Shown here in pieces: positions 11,979-23,225 of a DNA stretch of 64,000 nt. The notes under the pieces are model-generated. The model was not told the origin of the DNA. It was given only the letters and a program-made list of their open reading frames with translations, and made no database searches. The stretch is from NCBI RefSeq assembly GCF_018350175.1, contig NC_058383.1:28832001-28896000 (forward strand), in the 5' to 3' direction. The stretch's first letter is position 1; each line of letters opens with the position of its first letter. Position numbers and translations under genes: made by a program. The stretch comes from Felis catus. Taxonomy: Eukaryota.

Positions 11979-12914
11979 GTAAGAACGGGGGCCACGTGCT
12001 CTCGTCTGCATCCCAGATGGAGTGATGCGTGGACGTGTCTGGGAAGTCGGGCCCGTAGGAAGGATGCTTCTGCAAAGGCACTGGGCTTCCTTCCGGGGCT
12101 TCTGATCACATCACTGCTCGGCATGCCGCGCGAATTCCGGCAGGGCCTTGCAGAATCATTCCCTCGGTGACCATTTCCTTGCTGCTACGTAGTAAGGCCG
12201 CAGACTACCCGCACGACGGGGACCGCGGCTGTGGTGGGCGCCTGGAGCGATGTCAGGAGGCCCGAGAGCCAGAGCCCCCTGACCACCGGGCACCTGACAG
12301 TGTGGACCGAACGCACTGTGCTGTGGCTGCCTCGGGACACTGAAATTGTGCCTCCGGGGTTTTTGTGTCAGGGCGTCCACCACAGCTGTGTCGGTACTAG
12401 CATAACGGGCTCCTGCCCCGCCTCGGGCTTCATGAGGAAGTTAGGATACGTTTGTGCCGTGATATCGAAACAGCCGGAATAAACTGTTTAGCTGGACGTA
12501 TACGGCAGAAAGGAAATGGTCATCGCAGATTATAGGAAAAAATGCAGGTTACCACACAGCATGTCGAACAAAACACTTCGCGGCGACGGAAAATATAGAG
12601 ACAGAACGGGATGGGTATATTACGTGTCAACAGTGGGTATTCTCACTGGTGCGTTGTGGGTCATTTTTATCTTATTCTTTGGGTTTACCCATATTTCCTA
12701 GATTTGCCTACAATGAACTTATATTTTTTAGTAATTAAAAACATAAAACTTAGTCTCTTTAAAAAAAAAGTTGCCGTAAGTAAGAGAATGAGAAGACTCA
12801 GGGAACCTCGCCCCCGGGAGTCTCTTGGGTCTGGGGCTGAGCGCATGAGGGCCTGTGGGGAGAGCCGGGAGTCCCTCCGTGCGGGCCCTCGTCACTCTGC
12901 CCGTGTCCCCGCAG

Positions 12915-13020
12915 CTGGGAGAGCAGCTGAAGCAGCTGGTGCCTGCGAGCGGCCTCACCGTCATGGACCTGGAAGTGGAGGGTGTGTGCATTCGGTTCAG
13001 CCCCTTGACGACAGCAGCAG
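12915..13020 (+). CDS. PDXDC1: PDXDC1 coding exon
   Basis: ccgcag|...|gtaacc; LGEQLKQLVPASGLTVMDLEVEGVCIRFSPLTTAA; phase 0-1. Confidence 0.95.
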
Positions 13021-13860
13021 GTAACCAGCCATTCTCCACGGTTGTCCTCCCTTGTTCCGGGAGCGACACTGACGTGTCCGTTCAGGTCCATGCTGTGGCC
13101 TGGTTTCCTTTCCCTTGTGATACTCTTTTTCTTTGAAGAGGCTTTTTCTTTGCCTTTGGGCTAAATTTGGGTAGGCGAGCTTTCCAGCAGAATTTCCCAG
13201 AAGTAGACTTCTCAGGTCACTGGAGTTCCTATGTTTTGGCGTCCTGTGGCCCTTCGTCTTCCCTTCCGTGGTTCTCCGGCCACACCTCACGTGAGACTCA
13301 CCCATGGAGCTTTGCCAGCTGCCGGCGGCCGGGCCCCACCCCGGGGATTCTGGTCCATGGGGCATGGAGCCCACGCGTCTCTATTTTTTAAAGCTCCCCT
13401 GGTGATTAGGGCGGACCAGAGAAGGTTGAGGGCCTCCACGTTTAGGTGTTTGGGAAAGCGGTAGAGCGGCAGGTGCGTGGGCTTGTGCGACAGAAAGTCT
13501 TGGGCGCATATACTTCTGTCGCCGCTTCACGTGTGTGGGATCTTGAGCGAGCTTCTCCAGGACTGTTCCCGCGACCTCACTGTAGCCGTGTGAAGATTGA
13601 AACCAGATCACATGTGTGAAATGTCTTAGGGGGACTCGTGTTTGCCATAGTGGAGTAGGTCTTAAAAATCAGATTAAAAATCTGATTATCTCTTTTTTCC
13701 AAGATGAAGATTTTCAAAAAATGTTTGCTGTTTTTTCATGGAATGTTTTCAACATTTTTGCAAAGATATTTACCCAAAGACCTCAGTATAGGGAAGTGTG
13801 GGTAACTGTCCTGCCAAGAAAAGCCCATCATGGAGATGGCCGGTGGCATCCAGATCTCAA

Positions 13861-14314
13861 AGTTGGGGAGTAGCTGGGTGACGTGGGGCTATAGTTAGGA
13901 CTGGTGGGAGAGTAGGACGGAGAGGTCGGGGAGTAGGAGGGGCTCTGGGGGGTGTAGCCCCCGGGGGAGCGAGGCTCGTAGGCAGGAGATGTGGGTGAGT
14001 GGCCTGGAGATGTGGCACCACCTGGTAAAGGGGACGTAGGGGCTCGAGGGGCCCTGGGAGCCCGGCGAGGGGGACCATGCCAGGGAGTAGCCCGGGCTGA
14101 AACCGCTGGCATCCGAAGCAGCACCAGGGGAGAAGCCAGCCGCCCCTGGGGTCATCCCACTTCCGACACTGGGAGACCAGGTGCCGTAGGGCCAGAGTGG
14201 CACCCTTGTTCCAGGGAGCAAGGATTCCTCCATGGCCGGAGGAATCCCTCCCGTGGGACCGGGCACTGAGCCGAAGAACATGCCAGTGGGTCTGGCGGCC
14301 CACAGGCCGGGCAT
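13861..14314 (-). pseudogene. POLR2A: Decayed POLR2A (RPB1) fragment: linker plus first ~6.5 CTD heptads, antisense in a PDXDC1 intron
   Basis: Across three frames: [97 protein letters not shown]; several frameshifts. Confidence 0.92.
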
Positions 14315-14799
14315 CACGTACTGAGGCTTAATGTAGTCACTTGCCACATTTGAGTCGCAAGCGAGGGGCAGCGAGGTGGGCTCCCTGCAGCCCCAGGGGC
14401 TCTCGGGCTGTCCTTGGTGCTGTTGTCATCACCCCGCCCTCCTGCTGCCCTGCACACACGCCTGCCAGAATCCCTCTCTCTCCGGGATGCTACCGTGCGT
14501 GCCTCTTCGTAGCCTGCGTGAGGAGCCTTGTGCGTAGACTCCGGCGGAGTCCTGGGCCGAGACTAAGAGTTTGCGTCACACGGAGGGGCTGGTCTTATCT
14601 TCGGTGCGGGACAGAACGGCGTCTGTGCCTGGATGCCACCTGCCTCAGTCGTTAACACCGATGTTCCCTATGGGCTTAGCGGCTTTTAGGTTACACCTTT
14701 GCTCCATCTCACGGGAGGCCCTGCGGCCGCTGACCTTTCTGACGGCGGAAGTGGGAGCCCTTCCTCCCGCTCTTTGCTAACGCCCGGGGTCGTTCTCAG

Positions 14800-14971
14800 T
14801 TTTAGGAACTCGGGGAGAGGACGTGGATCAGCTGGTAGCCTGCATCCAGAGCAAGCTGCCGGTCCTGACCTGCACGCTGCAGCTGCGGGAGGAGTTCAAG
14901 CAGGAGGTGACAGGGACCGCGGGCCTCTTATACGTCGATGACCCCAACTGGCCCGGAATAGGGGTTGTCAG
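14800..14971 (+). CDS. PDXDC1: PDXDC1 coding exon
   Basis: tctcag|...|gtacgg; (V)LGTRGEDVDQLVACIQSKLPVL...DDPNWPGIGVV(R); phase 1-2. Confidence 0.95.
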
Positions 14972-15403
14972 GTACGGGTTCGGCCTCCTGGCGGGGGTTG
15001 ACTCTTCTTAGCCGTGTCAAGACTGTTGGCGGGTCATTTTGTGGACCGGCTTGGAAATCGGAGGTGAATATGTGAGGTCACGGTGTCGGTGTCCCCTGGA
15101 AATGCAGCGAGATGTTTTGGACACGTAGAAAAGCCCAGCGTGGTGGCGGTGTGGCCACCCTCACGCTCATGAAATAGTTGTCGCTGTACTTTCTGTGCCG
15201 GCTTGCAGGTTACTGGGGAGACCGTACAAGTGCACAGCTGACGGACGGTTACTACTGTGGGGTACGGAGCAGCACGGCTCCCTAAGACCGAGAACCAGCT
15301 CGCCGGTGGGGCACGCCGCTCGGTCCCCTGGAGTGCTGCGTGTACCCTTAGCCCTGTGCCTGCTTTCCTCTCCTTCCAGGAGGGAAGGCCCCTAATTACT
15401 TGG

Positions 15404-15611
15404 CTTTTTTTTTTTTTTTTTTTTTAAGAGAGCTAGCAAGCTAGCACAAGTAGGGGAGAAGGGCAGAGAGAGAGAAAGAGAGAATGAATCTTAAGCAGGC
15501 TCCACGCTCAGTGCAGAGCCCGACATAGGGCTCAGTCCCCTGACCCTGGCATCGTGACCGGAGCCAAAATCAAAAGAGTCAGGTGCTCAACCGACAGCCA
15601 CCCAGGTGCCG
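15404..15611 (-). mobile_element. Can-SINE
   Basis: Poly-T, (GA)n, reverse head gccacccaggtgcc. Confidence 0.88.
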
Positions 15612-15840
15612 TAAGACTCCGTGATTCGATTACAAATGATGAGGCTTCCAGATCTGGCCTGAGCTTCGTGGACTGGAGACTTGTACCTTCCTTGCCTTGA
15701 GACGCTCCGAGTGGCTCCTGTGCCCATTTGTCTCACTCACCTTGGAAAACTTCAGTAGCTTATACTCTACCTGCAATCCTGTGTCTGAAGAGGCATTTGA
15801 TCTTTTAGACTGAAATACTGTTATTTGATATTGTTTGTAG

Positions 15841-15959
15841 GTATGAACATGCTAATGATGATAAGAGCAGTTTGAAATTAGATCCGGAAGGGGAAAAAAT
15901 CCATGCTGGACTCCTGAAAAAGTTAAATGAACTGGAATCCGACCTTACATTTAAAATGG
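15841..15959 (+). CDS. PDXDC1: PDXDC1 coding exon
   Basis: ttgtag|...|gtaact; YEHANDDKSSLKLDPEGEKIHAGLLKKLNELESDLTFKM; phase 2-1. Confidence 0.95.
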
Positions 15960-16258
15960 GTAACTACTACTTTTATAAGTCCACTGTGAACTTCCAAAAG
16001 CTGTCTCCTAACTGGCTTAAAGGCCGTTGGGCTCTGTTTCCTCGGAAGAAATGATAGTTGAGTTCTTTCTAGAGTGAGCTAGCTCCCTTCCCCTTCTGCA
16101 GCCTCTTGGGGCACCCACGTCCTCATTAGTATCCTTGTCCTCACCCCGTAAGGGAGGTGCCTTTGTGCGCGGTCATGCCATTGTACAGGAGAGCGGCCCC
16201 AGGCAGCCTTCTGACCGAGGACTTGGGAGCCAAGGCAGGCGGTGGTCTCTTCCCACAG

Positions 16259-16380
16259 GCCCGGAGTACAAAAGCATGAAGAGCTGTATTTACGTTGGGA
16301 TGGCAAGCGACGACGTGGACATTTCTGAACTGGTGGAGACCATTGCAGTCACAGCCCGAGAAATCGAGGAAAACTCAAGG
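16259..16380 (+). CDS. PDXDC1: PDXDC1 coding exon
   Basis: ccacag|...|gtctgt; (G)PEYKSMKSCIYVGMASDDVDISELVETIAVTAREIEENSR; phase 1-0. Confidence 0.95.
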
Positions 16381-17329
16381 GTCTGTAAGACTAATCTGTG
16401 CCTCGTTCCTCTCCTGGGTCTTCTCTGGGCAGCCAGCTGGGGTCACGAAGGAGGAAGCTACCCTCAGAAATACGTGTTCGTTCCCAAAAAGTGCAGAAAT
16501 GGTTCCAATGAGCCAAGCATTGTACCAGGAATCCAGAACCCCCCGAGCATTTGACGCAGTCCCTCCCCTCAGTGGGCTCGTGGCTCAGGGGAAGAGGTCC
16601 ATGTAGCCAAGTAGGGTGGCGAATGCCGTGGAGAAGTTAGGCGTAGCTGAGCATTTGGGGAAGACGCAGTGGCATCTGCCTGACGAGGTGAGGGAAGACT
16701 GCAGTCGCAGCTGGACCCGGGGCTGCGCGAGGCACGTGTTTCGGATGACAGGACTTCCCGCCAGGGACAGACCTGCTTCTGCTGGCCAGCAGGCATGGAG
16801 ACCTAGCTGGTGGACGTTCTGCAGACCAGACATGTGAGTCACTAGGAATCACTCAGGAGCAGAGGAGGGACGACAGCGGGATGGGTCTGAGGAGACAGGC
16901 ATGCATGGTGGCCCGTGGCTGCTAGGGAGGGGGAGAGCGGGAAGTCTGCCATGAGGCCGAGGAGCCGGCTTTATCGTTGGGTGGGCTTCCTGAAGTTTCT
17001 CCCAACCCGCTGTGTCACTTCCGATCCATTTCCATGACTGTGACGCGTGTGTCTCTTTTCTGTGGATGTGACATTGAGCTCATCGGGCAGGTGGTTTCTC
17101 TCCTCCTTTTCCTGGCAGGTGGGGCCGGTCACCGAGGTGTCTCCTCCTTAGCGGGGCATTTTGTCCTCTTGTGTTCGCTCGCCGGTTTTACTTCGTACCC
17201 TGGCATCCAGAAGTGTAGAATTCCGTTTACTAACAGTTTTGAAAAGCGTCCCCGGTGCTGTGTTAATAGTTCTTCTAGGTCCCGGGCAGGAAGCTTAGAC
17301 AAGTAATCCCTTTCTCTGTCCTACCACAG

Positions 17330-17422
17330 CTTCTGGAAAACATGACGGAGGTGGTTCGGAAAGGGATTCAGGAAGCTCAGGTTCAGCTGCAGAAGGCGAA
17401 CGAGGAGCGGCTTCTGGAAGAG
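17330..17422 (+). CDS. PDXDC1: PDXDC1 coding exon
   Basis: ccacag|...|gtgagg; LLENMTEVVRKGIQEAQVQLQKANEERLLEE; phase 0-0. Confidence 0.95.
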
Positions 17423-17516
17423 GTGAGGCTGGGCAGCAGACTCGCAGGGGGCGTCGGGGGCGTCAGGCCGGGAGCGGGCCGGCGGGACACTCACGAGCGG
17501 TGGTTCTGCTCTGCAG

Positions 17517-17613
17517 GGGGTGCTGCGGCAGATCCCTGTCGTGGGATCCGTACTCAATTGGTTTTCTCCGGTACAAGCTTCACAGAAGGGAAGAACCTTC
17601 AACTTAACGGCAG
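17517..17613 (+). CDS. PDXDC1: PDXDC1 coding exon
   Basis: ctgcag|...|gtagga; GVLRQIPVVGSVLNWFSPVQASQKGRTFNLTA; follows a 94-nt intron; phase 0-1. Confidence 0.95.
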
Positions 17614-18544
17614 GTAGGACCGCCGCCGCCCCGGGTCCCGTTGACATTGTGAGTCGTGACCGGGTTCCCGGGATCCCCCACTCAAGCCAGGAAGCCTGGT
17701 GCGCGCGCGGCTCCTGCTCCTCCGGGGCCGCGTCTGTCTCGGGAGGCCTGGTGGGTCTGCCCTCTTCCGCCGCGGCAGCACAGAAGCAGGTCCCCCCCAC
17801 CTCCCGCCCTGCCCCCCATCCGTGGCAGACCCCCCTTCCTGCGGGCCGGTCTGAACGTGGCCACTCAGCTGTCGGGACTCTCCAGTGCCCCTGGCGTCGT
17901 GTTCAGTGTTGGGTGTCAGTACTCCCTGCCGTCCCCGTGAGTGCTTTGCCCCAGGAAGGGGCTGCTGTGGAAACGGGAGGTGACAAGATTGTAGTCCAGT
18001 CTGTAGCCCTGGACCAGCTCATTTCGAACCAGGCACCCCGCAAGGAGGACTGGTTGCTGGGGTTTGGGGATGGTGACGTGCACCTCCAGGTCCCCTTCTT
18101 CCCTGTGTTGGGGGGACAGTTCCCTGCACGTGCCCCCTCCACCCCCCCCAGGAAACCGTGAGCACACATGAGTGTGACAGAGGATCCATGTCGCTCCGAG
18201 CACCCGCCGTCAGCCAAGGGCCGTCTGGTCCCTGCTGCTACAGTACCGTTCCCACTGGGGCGTGGTCCCCAGGCACGCGTGGGCCACGCCGGAGCTGAGT
18301 GTGCCCAGGACACCTGGGGACGTGAGGGTGAAACGCGCCGGCAGGGCTGGGCCTCGCGAGCACGGCCGCGAGGTTGGCTTTCTCCGCTTCGTGGCGCGCT
18401 TCCGACGGCCGGGGGCTCTGCCCTGCCCGCCTGCGAGGCCCAGCGGCCAGAGCGACTTTCTCGGGGAACGAGGCTGCGGGGGTTCGGCTCTCAGGCGGCC
18501 GGAGCCGGGGGTCTCTGCACACCGCTCTCTCCCCTTCCTCGCAG

Positions 18545-18649
18545 GCTCCCTGGAGTCCACGGAACACACGTACGTCTACAAGGCGCAAGGCGCGGGGGTC
18601 ACGCCGCCGCAGACGCCCTCGGGCACTCGCGCCAAGCAGAGACTTCCAG
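18545..18649 (+). CDS. PDXDC1: PDXDC1 coding exon
   Basis: tcgcag|...|gtacag; (G)SLESTEHTYVYKAQGAGVTPPQTPSGTRAKQRLP; phase 1-1. Confidence 0.95.
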
Positions 18650-19123
18650 GTACAGCGCATCTTCTGAGTTGATTAAGGCTGAAGAGAACCGTTGGTTCTC
18701 TTGGGAACACAGACCGTTGCGTCTTGGGAGGCTTGTCCTGTTGGGGTGTGACCGGTGTTCCTGCGTTTTCTTGGTGCTTTGACCCCATGTCCTGTTCCTC
18801 CTCACTGAGGACCAGCCGTCCCTGTAACCATTTCAGTAGCCTGGGGCTTCAGCCTGGGAGAACTTTCTCCGTGGCAGCCCAAGGGGGAAGTTCGGGTCTT
18901 GAGAACTGGCATCGTGTTTAACCTGGTGTTTACTCGCCTGAACTTCTCCTGACCATGACCTTGGGACCTTGTCAGTGTCCTGTCGGTTCTCATTTCTCAC
19001 CTCATCACTTTGGAGCCTCAGAGCTGGGGGTCGCGGGGGTGTCTCCGGAAGCAGTTGCGATTAAATAAAGCAACCACTTGTTGGACGGAGGGCTTTCAGC
19101 ACTGTCCGTGCATCTTTCTCTAG

Positions 19124-19383
19124 GCCAGAAGCCTTTTAAGAGGTCTCTGAGAGGTTCCGATGCTCTGAGCGAGACCAGCTCAGTCAGTCACGTTGAAGAC
19201 TTAGAAAAGCTGGAGCATCTGTCCGGGGCGCCGGAGCCAGATGGCCTGGAGCCTAGCGGCCCCGAGCCGCACCCCGGGGCTCCCCCTCCGCAGGAGGCCG
19301 AGCGGACGGGGGCCTTCCAGAACGGGGCCCAGCGCCCAGAAGATGACCGTCCACAGGTAGAAGAACCGGAGAGCTTAAGATAA
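19124..19383 (+). CDS. PDXDC1: PDXDC1 terminal coding exon (pyridoxal-dependent decarboxylase domain-containing protein 1)
   Basis: ctctag|; (G)QKPFKRSLRGSDALSETSSVSH...EEPESLR then TAA at 19381-19383; matches recalled C-terminus. Confidence 0.96.
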
Positions 19384-20830
19384 AAGCCAGTGTTTGCTTT
19401 GAGACTGTACCGGGTATTGTTTCAGGGAAGATGAAGCTGTACTGAAAATGTGAGCCGTGCCACAGCTAACGCAAGAGAAATGACTGTTGTTTGTCCTTCG
19501 CTGGGATTTTTGCACAAATCTGTGCCTGAAAGCCAGGCTTTTTAGAGGGGCAGTTGATTGGTCTCATTGGATGGGTCTGTAGCATGACAGCTGGGGTTCC
19601 TGCCCACGTCCTTGTAGGTGGTACCATTTCTCCCCCACGTTCCCATAAACACTCGTTGTTCACGAAGAACACTTAGAATTCCAAGTGCCCGCCACTTGAA
19701 ACGCTTGCGCTTATTTTTCTAAAACCTAAGCGTAAGCCGTGACGAGGTTACATACAACTTTTTGTTAAGTCAGCTCTAGAACCTTCCGGGTCCTCTTTTG
19801 TGCTGCTGCACCGGAGAGGCAGCGCGGTCTCCGCCATCTGTTTGGGTCAGCGTTCAGTGTGGGCAGGCCGCGGGGTACGGCGGGCTCGGGTTCGGCGCGA
19901 TGCCGACCTGAGCCCGAGCCGCTCCCGCCGCCCCCGCCGCCGCTTCCGAGGTGTAGAAAGGAGCGTGCGCTCTGGCTGGGGCAGGGCCGTGGGCAAGCGA
20001 CTTCCCTCTGCCCCGAGTCCATTCCTCCCTTTATATACTATTTGTAGACAAATTAAAGGATTATCTATTAAGAGTAACTGTAAAACTCTTGGCCATATAT
20101 ATGTATATTTTTAAATACTGGTAAAGCTTTTAAATTGGCACACAGATACACACTGTGCTCGTTTCTATGTTTAATATCTGAAAAGCCGACGGACGCGAGT
20201 CTTGACCTGATACTAACTCTGCTGTGGAGCACCCAGTTACGTTTCAACCCTAAAATAAGTATACCTTTGACCTGTTTTACATGGGAGTGTGTGTGGCTTC
20301 TCCCCACGAGCAGCTCACCCCTTTGGGCCCAACTCAGAGACAACCTGGGCCCTCGGTCTGGTGAAGCCAGACCACTGCTGAGATACTGGGAGCGAGTGCT
20401 TAATTACTGCCTCTTTGTACTTTTCCAGAAGTCCTGCACCTCTTTGTTTTCATAGGTAAAGGTCCCTGAGCCTTTAGTTCAGCAAAGTCAAGCTTTGGGA
20501 CGCCTCAAGACGGTGGGGGTTCACACTGGGCTGGGGACTGTCGTGTTGGAAGCCTTAGGTACACCACATTAAGCCTATAATTAGACACCGATTTGATGTG
20601 ATTTCTGACTTTTGGCACTTGTCAAAATGCAACTTTTTTTTGGTGCAGATGATTAAAAGTCTTCCCTGTTTATTTGGTGCAATGAAGTATAGCAGATAAA
20701 ATGGGGAAAGGGGACATTATCACCTTTAACAAGATTAATTTTTCAATGTTTTTATATATATTTGGAATTGCTAAATTGGTTTTGCTGAAACAGAATTTCA
20801 CCCTTAAGATACTATTTGAATGTTGGTTTC

Positions 20831-20836
20831 AATAAA
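20831..20836 (+). terminator. PDXDC1 polyadenylation signal AATAAA
   Basis: AATAAA after AT-rich 3' UTR, followed by GT-rich tgtgggttcagttc. Confidence 0.65.
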
Positions 20837-21425
20837 GGTTCTTGAAATTGTTAACCTGTGGGTTCAGTTCCTGAATGGTCATCAGGCAGAGCGATTCCCC
20901 CCAGGATAGCAACTTCAGAGAAATAAAGGCCTCGGAAAGTCTGACCTGCAGACATCACGGTGTGGCCATTTTAATGACCTCACACCTAGAGCAGACTTGG
21001 CAATGGCTTCGTGTAACTCTCACATTAAGTTGAGTCTCAGATTGTTTCCTGTTGCACAACAGTCTGATGAGATTCTGGTTTTCCCTCTGGGCTTTTCATC
21101 TCCTTCACCTGGAAGTGGAGTAGCAGTTGGAATTCATGCTACTGAAATATTTGGGGGCCAGAAAACCCCTCTGTGAGATGGATACGTTCTCACGGAATTC
21201 TGCTGCATTTGAAATACCATTTTTCAAACAAGCTTATGTATAATGTTCCCTCGATTCCCTAATTTAGCAGGAAGAGAACCACTTACCCCAAGTCTGAAAC
21301 AGCGGCTTGCAGGATCACGCGGCAGGCGGCTCCTCCTGGGCCCTCGGTGCCGAAAGGCAAGGCCGGGCGTCCCCTTCGGCAAAGCAGAAAGCACACCTCG
21401 ACAAATGCCTTCGCGAAAATAAGAT

Positions 21426-21431
21426 TTTATT
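21426..21431 (-). terminator. NTAN1 polyadenylation signal AATAAA
   Basis: TTTATT on + about 140 nt past the NTAN1 stop; GT-rich sequence follows on the minus strand. Confidence 0.65.
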
Positions 21432-21571
21432 TTTAAAGTCATTTGAAGGACAGTAAGGAAGGAGACCTAAGATTCAGCGGATGCGGATTCTGGTTCGTAT
21501 TCTTTCCAGGCCCCACGGTCCCCATGGTGGTGTCTCTCAGGCCAAAAGTTGCTCTTTGGTGATGCCCGTGT

Positions 21572-21751
21572 TTAGCTTCCTGGAGAAGGGATCTTTTCCC
21601 ATAAACCATCTTCATTTTTTTTGTAGAGGAGAGCCTTGTTTCCGGGGAACAGTGTGTTGGATGGAGATGGGTGTTTTTTTAAGAACATCAAGGTAGATCT
21701 AATATGTTCGACAAAGTGGGGTGGCTCAGCCAGAGGTGAAGTGGAGAGGTT
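21572..21751 (-). CDS. NTAN1: NTAN1 exon 10 (terminal)
   Basis: ttccag|NLSTSPLAEPPHFVEHIRSTLMFLKKHPSP...DGLWEKIPSPGS*. Confidence 0.96.
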   Translation of the reverse strand, partial: NLSTSPLAEPPHFVEHIRSTLMFLKKHPSPSNTLFPGNKALLYKKNEDGLWEKIPSPGS

Positions 21752-22151
21752 CTGGAAAAACAAGATTCTGGGTCTGAGAGAGGAATAAGCTGGCTCTGTT
21801 ACCCTCTTGACAAAGCTGTCGAAGTGTCTCTGGGTTCTTAAACAGTCCGGATGGTCTCAGGTCACCACGTACACAGAAGTCGTAAAGTTACGGAAGACGG
21901 GAGGTGTACTGCGTTAACGAGGAAAAAGCAGTCGGCTGTGTACTCCTTCGACCCATGCAAATGCCCGGCCAGGACCTTGCTTATTCTCGGCTGATCTAGA
22001 GGTCAAATGGGGTCTGCCGAAGGCATCCTAAAAGTAAATCCCACCCACCGAAGGAAAGGCTGCTGTGCTCTCGCCTAAACCCGTCTTCTTCTTCTAGATG
22101 AAGAAACCAGGGTGCGGAGATTTAAGACCGCCCCAGCCTGTAAGTTCTCAC

Positions 22152-22265
22152 CTCTAGTATTTGCTTATCATCTTGCTGCAGCCAGAAATCCACATGTGGA
22201 AATGGCATCCAGGAGTACGGTCCTATACGAAGTTGTTCTGTCTTTGCGTCGTAAATACTAATCAT
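22152..22265 (-). CDS. NTAN1: NTAN1 exon 9
   Basis: ttcag|MISIYDAKTEQLRIGPYSWMPFPHVDFWLQQDDKQILE|gtgag; phase 0-0. Confidence 0.95.
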
Positions 22266-23127
22266 CTGAAAAAGAACATTTCGAGGACATTTCAAGGAAC
22301 GTACTCTGCTTCTCGAACCCCACCATTAGTGCCAGCTCCAGCGCAGTCCCACGTTAACGTGGAGGGATGAGCTGCTTTAAACGGTCTAATAACCAAAGCC
22401 GCTACTTATGGAGTCCTTCCAGTGTGTCTGCTATTGTACTTTGGGAGTAACGTACGTGCTTTTGTTTAGTCCTGACAAAAGTCCTCTGGGAAGATGGCAT
22501 TTTTCCTACTTTGTTCGGAAACCTGATGCTCAGAACGGACAGGCACTTTGCCCACAGCGACACTGCCGGTAAGCATGAGAGCTGGGACAGAAACCCAGGT
22601 GTGTGTGGCTCAAGTCCACGGTCCTCAATGCCACATAAAACACCTCCTCATTACTTATGCCCCAGCAACTAATCACCTTGCAACTTAAAAGCCCGCAGTG
22701 CCGGCTGCCCCATCAGGAGAAAGGAAAGTGCTTATTTGCCAATCAATTCCCTGAATCCCCCAATTTGTCAGTGGTAGTTTTCAGCTTAACCACCAACCCT
22801 GGCTTTTGGTTCCTGAGACTAAAGCAAGTTCTGAATATTAGCTAAGTCAAGGCTATTACCCTGCTCGAGAAACAGCAAAGGCATCTGACAAACGTTAAAG
22901 GTTTGGCAAAACATCACCGTGAACGCGCACACTCTCCAACGAAAATGTCAACGTTCCATCAGTGAGGAATCTGAATGCGCCTTCTCTTTTTTCACACCTC
23001 TGCCTTCAAAGAGGAGAAATGGGGTCTAGCGTGCAAGAAACAAACGTTTTGTTCCTGACGCCTATAAAACGTGAGGCTCTGGAGCGGGACGCCCCTTTTT
23101 CCCCCTAGCACAGAGGGTCTCACTCAC

Positions 23128-23225
23128 TGGGCCTCCTGTCAGAGCTCGGGCGGCACGCAGCTCCTCCTCCGGGCCTCGGTCTGGGAAGGAGGCTCTGTAA
23201 ATCTCTGCAGTTTTAATGTTGACCG
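23128..23225 (-). CDS. NTAN1: NTAN1 exon 8
   Basis: cacag|(A)VNIKTAEIYRASFPDRGPEEELRAARALTGGP|gtgagt; phase 1-0. Confidence 0.95.

Noticed and set aside
13781..14326. Inverted 8-mers CCTCAGTA / TACTGAGG flanking the POLR2A fragment as transposon ends
   Set aside because: Only 8 bp, asymmetric to the homology edges and without a TSD; compatible with chance
13828..14347. Functional POLR2A gene or intact mini-CTD protein
   Set aside because: Homology is split over three frames, the catalytic domains are absent and no promoter or splice signals are evident
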